From: Pseudomonadota bacterium
GTDB lineage: Bacteria > Myxococcota > JACRCW01 > JAFGSX01
Direction: 5' to 3'
DNA: 43,718 bases
Assembly: GCA_043821645.1 (NCBI GenBank)
Contig: JBDRCO010000138.1
Location: forward strand, 1-43,718
Below, in pieces: positions 37,830-43,718 of this stretch; positions within the stretch are counted from its first letter, which is position 1, and every line of letters starts with the position of its first letter. Under the pieces are notes generated by a model that was not told where the DNA came from, ran no database searches, and worked only from the letters and a program-made list of their open reading frames with translations. A program made the position numbers and the translations under genes.

Positions 37830-37988
37830 TCAGCGCAAGAACAGCGCGATCACAATCACGGCCACGCAGGCTCCGATCGCAAAGATCAGGCGCAAGCTGC
37901 TGAACTGCCCCTCGTATTGCTCGCGTCCACGGGTGGTCGGGATGACGCTCGAAGGTATCGGGGCGTTGCCGGAAATGAGGTTGGCCAT
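37830..37988 (-). CDS. Small (52 aa) single-TM membrane protein
   Basis: GGAGG RBS, C-terminal hydrophobic helix LIFAIGACVAVIVIALFLR, and an upstream sigma-54 promoter. Confidence 0.65.
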   Translation of the reverse strand: MANLISGNAPIPSSVIPTTRGREQYEGQFSSLRLIFAIGACVAVIVIALFLR

Positions 37989-38030
37989 CGCGGCCTCCAG
38001 GGCGAGAATACTCGCGCCCCCCCATGCAAC

Positions 38031-38045
38031 GCAGCTTTCGTGCCA
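38031..38045 (-). promoter_or_regulatory. Sigma-54 (-24/-12) promoter
   Basis: Minus strand TGGCACG-AAAG-CTGC with exact GG-N10-GC spacing, about 40 bp upstream of the small ORF. Confidence 0.7.
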
Positions 38046-38078
38046 GTCCAAGAGGCAGCCTCGACGAGGGTGCACTCC

Positions 38079-39488
38079 TCAGCGCCTGTACTGTTCCTTG
38101 TTCCAGCCATGCCTCTGCATCAGGTTGTACAGCGAGCGAGAGGTCACCCCGCTGCGCGCGGCGGCCGTGTTCAGGCGACCCTGGCTGTCTCGCAGGAGGT
38201 GCTCGAAGTAGCGGGTCTCGAGCACCTCGAGGGCCTGTTGCCGGGCCTCGGGCCAGGGCTGCGCGAGCCAGGCCTCGTGCTCCCAGGGCGCGTCGGCCCG
38301 CTCCGAGGACACTGCGGGACTGAACGACACGTCGGGCAGGTCGCGCAGGCCAATGGTGGGGCCTGTGACCAGGAGCACCGCGTGCTCGATCACGTTGTGC
38401 AACTCGCGCACATTGCCCGGGAAGCTGTAGGCCAGCAGCAGGCGCATGGCGTCGTCGGCAATGCCGGTCACCGGACGGCCCAGGCGCCGGGCGTGGTGTT
38501 CGAGCAGCTCGGTGACCAGCATCGGGAGGTCCTCGCGGCGCTCGCGCAGCGGAGGGATTTCCAGGGTGACCACGCTCAGACGGTAGAACAGGTCACGTCG
38601 GAAGCGCTGCGCCTCGACCTCGGCGCGAAGGTTGCGATTGGTGGCCGCCATCACCCGCACGTCGACGGGAAAGGCGCGCTCGCTGCCCACTGGCTGGATC
38701 ACGCGCTCCTGCAGCACACGCAGCAATTTGACCTGCACGCTCGCCGGGGCGTCTGCCAGTTCATCGAGAAACAAGGTCCCGCGGTGCGCCAGCTCGAAGT
38801 GGCCGCGGCGGGTGCGCATGGCGCCCGTGAAGGCTCCCTTCTCGTGACCGAACAGCTCGCTTTCGAGAAGGGTCTCGGGAATCGCGGAGCAGTTGATGGC
38901 GACGAAGGGGCCGCTGGCCCGCGGGCCCTCGGCGTGGATGGCGCGGGCCAGGCGCTCCTTGCCCACCCCGGTCTCGCCGAGCAGCAGCAACGAGGTGTCG
39001 GCGCCGGTGACACGGCGCGCGGTCTCGATGAGCTTGTACATGGCCGGGCTGGCCGACACGAAGTCGCCGAGCCGGGTGGTGCGCTCCTGTCGTTCGGCGC
39101 GCGGCCGCAGCAGCAGCTCGCGGCGGCAGCGCTCGACCAGGGTCTCGAGATTTCCGCCGAGCACGTCGTCGTCGAGATCCAGCGACAGCAAAGACAGCGC
39201 GCCCGCTCCCAGCAGGGTCGCCTGGGTGGTCGCGTCCTCGCCGGTGCTGACCACCACCACCTCGGGGTGCTCGGGGAGGTCCCGCAGTGCACCGACGCTG
39301 CCAGGGATGGGTTCGGGCAAGGAGGCCCGGTCGATGACGACGAGATCCATGCTCTGCTGCGACAGCTCGGACCACAGCGTACGCCGGCGCAGCTGGCTGA
39401 CAACGCGGGTCTGTCCCGCCGGCAGAAGGCGCACCAGACGCCTCCGCAAGGCCGCGCTCTCGGCCACCACCACGACACGAATGAGCAT
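38079..39488 (-). CDS. Sigma-54-dependent enhancer-binding protein (NtrC-like; atypical receiver, AAA+, HTH)
   Basis: GETGVGKE, ESELFGHEKGAFTGA, GTLFLDE, FRRDLFYRL, FPGNVREL and a C-terminal HTH. Confidence 0.93.
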   Translation of the reverse strand: MLIRVVVVAESAALRRRLVRLLPAGQTRVVSQLRRRTLWSELSQQSMDLVVIDRASLPEPIPGSVGALRDLPEHPEVVVVSTGEDATTQATLLGAGALSLLSLDLDDDVLGGNLETLVERCRRELLLRPRAERQERTTRLGDFVSASPAMYKLIETARRVTGADTSLLLLGETGVGKERLARAIHAEGPRASGPFVAINCSAIPETLLESELFGHEKGAFTGAMRTRRGHFELAHRGTLFLDELADAPASVQVKLLRVLQERVIQPVGSERAFPVDVRVMAATNRNLRAEVEAQRFRRDLFYRLSVVTLEIPPLRERREDLPMLVTELLEHHARRLGRPVTGIADDAMRLLLAYSFPGNVRELHNVIEHAVLLVTGPTIGLRDLPDVSFSPAVSSERADAPWEHEAWLAQPWPEARQQALEVLETRYFEHLLRDSQGRLNTAAARSGVTSRSLYNLMQRHGWNKEQYRR

Positions 39489-39583
39489 GCGACCTCCGCC
39501 GCTGGCGCCCTGTCACGGGCGCAGCATAGAGGTCGTCGGGCAGGGGGCCAAGCCCTCGCGCGGGTGGGCGCGTGGGTGCCGGA

Positions 39584-39730
39584 TCACTTGGCCAGGTACA
39601 GCGCCACGAAGAACACGACCGTGATCACTCCGGCCACGGCCATCACCACGACCTGCAACCTGTCCTGGGTGCGCAGCTCGTCGCCGGCAGTGGCGCGGGA
39701 CGATCCAAGGGCTTTTAGCTCGGTGCTCAT
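39584..39730 (-). CDS. Small (48 aa) single-TM membrane protein
   Basis: AGGAGG RBS, C-terminal helix VVVMAVAGVITVVFFVALYLAK, and an upstream sigma-54 promoter. Confidence 0.68.
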   Translation of the reverse strand: MSTELKALGSSRATAGDELRTQDRLQVVVMAVAGVITVVFFVALYLAK

Positions 39731-39785
39731 GCAAAACCTCCTGGCGCCGGGGGTCCGAGGAATGCCGGCGCGAGGCATTCGCACC

Positions 39786-39800
39786 GCAAGTTGCGGGCCA
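39786..39800 (-). promoter_or_regulatory. Sigma-54 (-24/-12) promoter
   Basis: Minus strand TGGCCCG-CAAC-TTGC, close to consensus. Confidence 0.78.
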
Positions 39801-39884
39801 GGTGCGTCGCGAGATTTTTGGGATTTCTTGTGGGTGCGGGAAAGTGGGATGCAGGCGGATAGGAAAGTAAATGCCGATATATGT

Positions 39885-39908
39885 GAAAATATGTTCTCGT
39901 TAATTTTC
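39885..39908. promoter_or_regulatory. Candidate upstream activator sequence (inverted repeat)
   Basis: GAAAAT-N12-ATTTTC in an AT-rich island about 85-110 bp upstream of the -24 box. Confidence 0.5.
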
Positions 39909-40000
39909 AGGGTGCCCTGGGCCACCGCGAGGAGGGCAACCAGGCAGCTCGGTGGACTTCACCGGGATGGGCAGCTGGACCTTCTTGTGTCCCCGAAGAC

Positions 40001-41197
40001 CTACTTCTCCGCCCTGGGCGCGTTCTTCTCCTGGTCCCAGTAGGGCGAGATCTTGCGCAGTGCGGCCACGATGTCGGGCATGACCTCGATGATGTGGTCG
40101 ACCTCGGCCTCGGTGTTGTAGCGGCTGAAGCTGTAGCGGATGGAGCCATGGGCTGCGGTGAAGGGCACCCGCATGGCCATCAGGACGTGGCTGGGCTCCA
40201 GCGAGCCCGAGGTGCAGGCCGAGCCCGACGAGGCGCAGATCTGGTGCCGGTCGAGCTCGAACAGGATGCTCTCGCCCTCGATGTAGTGAAACGAGGCGTT
40301 GAGGGTGTTGGGCAGGCGCGGCGCACCCCCGCCGTTGACCAGAGTGTAGGGAATGCGCTCGACCAGAGCCTTCTCGAGTCGGTCGCGCAGGCGCCGCACC
40401 TTCTGCTCGTCGGCGACGTGGATCATGGCCAGCTCGCAGGCCTTGGCCATGCCGACGATGCCGGCCACGTTCTCGGTGCCCGCACGGCGCGAGCGCTCCT
40501 GGTGGCCACCGAGCATGAACGGCGACACCGGCGTGCCACGGCGGGTAAAAAGGGCGCCCACACCCTTGGGGGCGTGCAGCTTGTGCGCCGAGAAGGTCAG
40601 CATGTCGACGTGCTGGAAGCGGCCCTTGAGGTCGATGGGCAGCTTGCCCACGGTCTGGGTGGCGTCGGTGTGAAACAGGATGCGCGGATCGGTCTCCTTG
40701 GTGATGCGCGCGTAGTCCTCGACCGGGAAGATCACCCCGGTCTCGTTGTTGCCGTGCATCAGGCTCACCAGCAGGGTGTCGTCGCGCAGCGAGCCCACGA
40801 AGTCGCCGATGTCGATCTGGCCCGAGCGATCCACGGGCAGGTACGTGACGTCAAAGCCCTCGCGCTCGAGCGCCTTGCACACCTCGAGCACGGCCGGGTG
40901 TTCCACCGCCGAGGTGATGACGTGACGGCGGTGTGGGTTGGCGCGCACCGCACCGCGGATGGCGGTGTTGTTGCTCTCGGTGCCGCAAGAGGTGAACAGG
41001 ATCTCGTCGGGCTGTGGCGCGCCCAGCAGGTCGGCGATGATCTGGCGGGCGCGGTCCACGCCGTTTGACGGGCCGCGCGCGGCCTCGTAGGCGGAACTGG
41101 GGTTGAAGAACTGGTCGCGCAGGAAGGGCAACATGGCATTGAGCACCTCGGGGGCGACCGGGGTGGTGGCGTTGTTGTCGACGTAGATCAGGGGCAT
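40001..41197 (-). CDS. nifS: Cysteine desulfurase NifS/IscS
   Basis: YVDNNATT, FTSCGTESNN, HTDATQ, SAHKLHAPKG (PLP Lys) and SSGSACTSGSLEPSHVL. Confidence 0.93.
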   Translation of the reverse strand: MPLIYVDNNATTPVAPEVLNAMLPFLRDQFFNPSSAYEAARGPSNGVDRARQIIADLLGAPQPDEILFTSCGTESNNTAIRGAVRANPHRRHVITSAVEHPAVLEVCKALEREGFDVTYLPVDRSGQIDIGDFVGSLRDDTLLVSLMHGNNETGVIFPVEDYARITKETDPRILFHTDATQTVGKLPIDLKGRFQHVDMLTFSAHKLHAPKGVGALFTRRGTPVSPFMLGGHQERSRRAGTENVAGIVGMAKACELAMIHVADEQKVRRLRDRLEKALVERIPYTLVNGGGAPRLPNTLNASFHYIEGESILFELDRHQICASSGSACTSGSLEPSHVLMAMRVPFTAAHGSIRYSFSRYNTEAEVDHIIEVMPDIVAALRKISPYWDQEKNAPRAEK

Positions 41198-41346
41198 GGG
41201 GTGTGTCTCTTCCGGTTGCGAGCTCGGGTTGAGTGCTCCGCTCCGTGTTGGGGTCCCGCGACCGGGCCGGGTCCTCTTGTCTTCGTGGCCACGACAACCG
41301 GCTCGACCCTGCCCCCCACCACCGGAGGTGTCGTCGAAGGCGTCCC

Positions 41347-42363
41347 CTACACGGAGATGACGCGGATCTGCTCGTCGACCTGGTCCTTGAGGGTGCGCTC
41401 GACCAGCAGCTTGATGGTGCGGCTGGAGCCAACGCAGGTGGTGCAGGTTCCCACCATGCGCACGTAGACCATCCTGTCCTTGATGTCGATGATCTCGAGG
41501 TCACCGCCATCCTTCTGCAGCATGGGCTGGATGTACTCGGCAAAGGTCTTCTCGATCTTCTTGCCGAAGCGGTACGGCGACAGGTGCTGGCCGTTGCCGC
41601 CCTGCTCGTGCGGATGCGGCGCGCCTGCGATGGGAGCGCTGGGGTTGTGCACGGGCGGCGCTGGCGGTGCCGGTTCGCGGTGAGGGTCGAAGGGCAGCGA
41701 GGGGTGCGGCGTGTCGGTCCACACCTCGCCCAGCAGGTCCTGCAGGCCACCCGGCGCGTGGTGGCAGCTCATGCAGGCGCCACCCGCCTTGGTGGCAGCG
41801 GTGATCTCGGGGATGGTGTGCAGGTTCATCTCGCGGATCTTGCGCTTGATGTAGGGCTCGGTGAGGCCGAAGCACTTGCACACCAGGCGGCCTTCCTCGG
41901 TCTCCTCGGGCAGGATGTCCACACCCAGGGCCTTGAGGTCCACGCCGCGCTTCTGTGCCCAGTTGAACACCGCCGCGGCCAGAGCTTCGGCGCCCATCAC
42001 CGAGCAGTGGATCTTCTGGTCGGGCAGGCCCTCGAGGAAGGTGACGATGTCCTCGTTCTTGACCTCGAGGGAACCGATGGGGGTGAAGTGGCCCGCCTCG
42101 ATGATGGCGCACAGGGCCTCGGACGAGGCGATGGCCGAGGTGCAGCCAAAGGTCAGGTACCTGGCCTCGGTGATCACATCCTGCAGCGGATCGGTGGCGT
42201 GGCGCTGCACCCGGAAGGTGAAGCGCAGGGCATCCCCACACGCGATCGAGCCGTGCTCACCCAGGCCGTCGGGATCCGCCACCTCGCCGAGGTGCGAGCC
42301 GGGCTTGCCCTGCACCGCGTCGAGGACCAGCTGCTTGGTCTTCTCGGAGTAGTTCCAGGCCAT
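41347..42363 (-). CDS. nifU: Three-domain Fe-S scaffold NifU (IscU, BFD-like 2Fe-2S, NfuA)
   Basis: GSIACGDAL, TFGCTSA and KIHCSVM; VCKCFG...AGGACMSC; LQKDGGDLE...GTCTTC. Confidence 0.92.
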   Translation of the reverse strand: MAWNYSEKTKQLVLDAVQGKPGSHLGEVADPDGLGEHGSIACGDALRFTFRVQRHATDPLQDVITEARYLTFGCTSAIASSEALCAIIEAGHFTPIGSLEVKNEDIVTFLEGLPDQKIHCSVMGAEALAAAVFNWAQKRGVDLKALGVDILPEETEEGRLVCKCFGLTEPYIKRKIREMNLHTIPEITAATKAGGACMSCHHAPGGLQDLLGEVWTDTPHPSLPFDPHREPAPPAPPVHNPSAPIAGAPHPHEQGGNGQHLSPYRFGKKIEKTFAEYIQPMLQKDGGDLEIIDIKDRMVYVRMVGTCTTCVGSSRTIKLLVERTLKDQVDEQIRVISV

Positions 42364-42452
42364 GAGAGCCTCCGTTCACGACTCTCCATAGGAACAGCGG
42401 TCGCACTTGGCAAGTGCGGGCTTCAGGATCCGGTCATGGGTGGGGGGCGTGG

Positions 42453-43637
42453 TCAGGGCGTGCAGGTGACGCCCACGTCCTCGGCGTGGCCGCAGTTGTG
42501 CTTTCCCGGGAAGCCGACCCGGCATTCGAGCAGGTGGGTGGATCCTGCGGGACAGGAGATGTCGTCCAGCAGGATGGCGCCCGTGCCATCGGTGGTCGCC
42601 GTGTTGGCGACCATGACGCCGCTGGTGTAGCCCATGGCTCGGCACAGCACGCTGCCCGCAGCGTCGGTGAAGCTATCGTCGCAGACGGTGCCCCAGGTCG
42701 AGCCGCCATCGAAGCTCACCTCGACGCGACCCGTGGTGCCGCCGCCGTCGATGCGGAAGCTGATGCCCAGCCAGTGCGCCCGCTGCGCCATGGGTGTCGG
42801 GTATGGGGCCTGGGTCCACAGCGGGCTCACACCATCACCCGCGGTGGCGCAGGTGACGCTGCCATCCTCGGCGACACTCTGAATGGCGCTACCTCCCGCA
42901 CAGCTCGCGACGCGGCGCTGCACGTATGAGGGGTCGATGGAGAGGCTGACGTCCCCTGCGCTGGCTCCCCCGCCAAGCCCCGCGCCGGACACCACGGCCG
43001 TGATGTCGCCGCCGGCATCGTTATCGGGCGCGCAGGACCAGCCACTGCCTGACCATTTGGCGACGTCCCCGCCCGCGCTGCAGCTGAGCACGCCCAGGGT
43101 GTCCGCATCCCCGTCGGCCAGGTCCGCCGGGATGCCGCTCAGGTTCTGCCAGTGCACCTGCAGTCCTCCGGGGCTGGACAGCGACGAGGTCAGCGCGGCG
43201 GTGGTGCTGTAGTCAGCGGGGGTGAAGCCAAGCAGGCGCGTGGCCTCGCTGCACAGGCTGGCCCGGAAGGCGTAAGGCACAGAGGTCAGGGGTGTGCGCG
43301 GTGCCAGGGTGTCGCCGTCGACGATGACCTCGAGCCATGGCGTGCCCGCGCTGAAGTGGCCGGAGCCCAGGGGGTTCTGCTGACCCAGGATGGTCACGAA
43401 GCTGCCGGCCTCGACGCTGATGCCGGTCTGGCTCTCGCTCCAGATGGCCGTGCCGCCGGTCTCGGTTGGGTACAGCGCAAAATCCACGTCGACGCTGCCG
43501 GTGAAGGGCGTGCTGCCGTCCTCGAGGTAGCCCTCGTAGGTCATGGTGGCGGGCACCTGGGCGATCGCGGGGGTCGCCGCCGCGAGGATGCCGAGGGCGC
43601 CCAGCAGGTTCTGGATTCGTGGCGTCGCAGGTCTCAT
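42453..43637 (-). CDS. Secreted protein with a C-terminal scavenger-receptor cysteine-rich (SRCR) domain
   Basis: GGAGG RBS, signal peptide, N-terminal QVP..MTYEGYL...FALY...GG.AIWSE...SVPYA module, and C-terminal GRVEV...WGTVCDD.F...A..VLCR.MGY...I.LDD..C......L.EC......HNCGH.EDVGV.C. Confidence 0.87.
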   Translation of the reverse strand: MRPATPRIQNLLGALGILAAATPAIAQVPATMTYEGYLEDGSTPFTGSVDVDFALYPTETGGTAIWSESQTGISVEAGSFVTILGQQNPLGSGHFSAGTPWLEVIVDGDTLAPRTPLTSVPYAFRASLCSEATRLLGFTPADYSTTAALTSSLSSPGGLQVHWQNLSGIPADLADGDADTLGVLSCSAGGDVAKWSGSGWSCAPDNDAGGDITAVVSGAGLGGGASAGDVSLSIDPSYVQRRVASCAGGSAIQSVAEDGSVTCATAGDGVSPLWTQAPYPTPMAQRAHWLGISFRIDGGGTTGRVEVSFDGGSTWGTVCDDSFTDAAGSVLCRAMGYTSGVMVANTATTDGTGAILLDDISCPAGSTHLLECRVGFPGKHNCGHAEDVGVTCTP

Positions 43638-43718
43638 GGCTGGACCTCCAGGCGATGCGTGAGGGTGAAGCGCTGGCCACTGGCCTGCCCCAGGACGGGT
43701 CCGATGCGTGAGCGCAGG

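Noticed and set aside
41198-41346. Structured RNA between nifU and nifS
   Set aside because: Only imperfect GC-rich pairing, as expected by chance at this GC content; no family features.

Overview
This is high-GC bacterial DNA, most likely Myxococcota or a related group. The inference rests on a MYXO-CTERM-like sorting tail, many Cys-rich lipoproteins with Asp/Ala-rich linkers, and sigma-54 regulation. The left end is a mobile-DNA junction with a Fic/DUF4172 gene, a 3' fragment of tRNA-Sec (att-like) and a decayed IS66. Three adjacent putative peptidoglycan-active enzymes follow: a 5x PG-binding protein with a YkuD-like His/Cys domain, a Cys-repeat M23 lipoprotein and a GH73-like protein. Next come a TsaA/TrmO-like gene, an EEP nuclease/phosphatase lipoprotein, and a ~300-aa unknown protein overlapping an RRE-bearing radical SAM/SPASM enzyme. 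The middle holds a Zn-uptake operon (DUF2946-like leader, outer-membrane receptor, znuA, two lipoproteins, znuC, znuB-HEAT fusion) and an ArsR-led polysulfide/thiosulfate reductase operon (psrA/phsA, fused B-C subunit, two YeeE/YedE, rhodanese with a SoxY-like GGCG tail). The right part has a minus-strand operon (yitJ, LbH acyltransferase, lipoprotein, M64 peptidase, GH5), a sigma-54 activator flanked by two small membrane proteins that each have their own -24/-12 promoter, nifU-nifS, and a secreted protein with an animal-type SRCR domain. All family calls are from motif recognition by eye; no searches were run.
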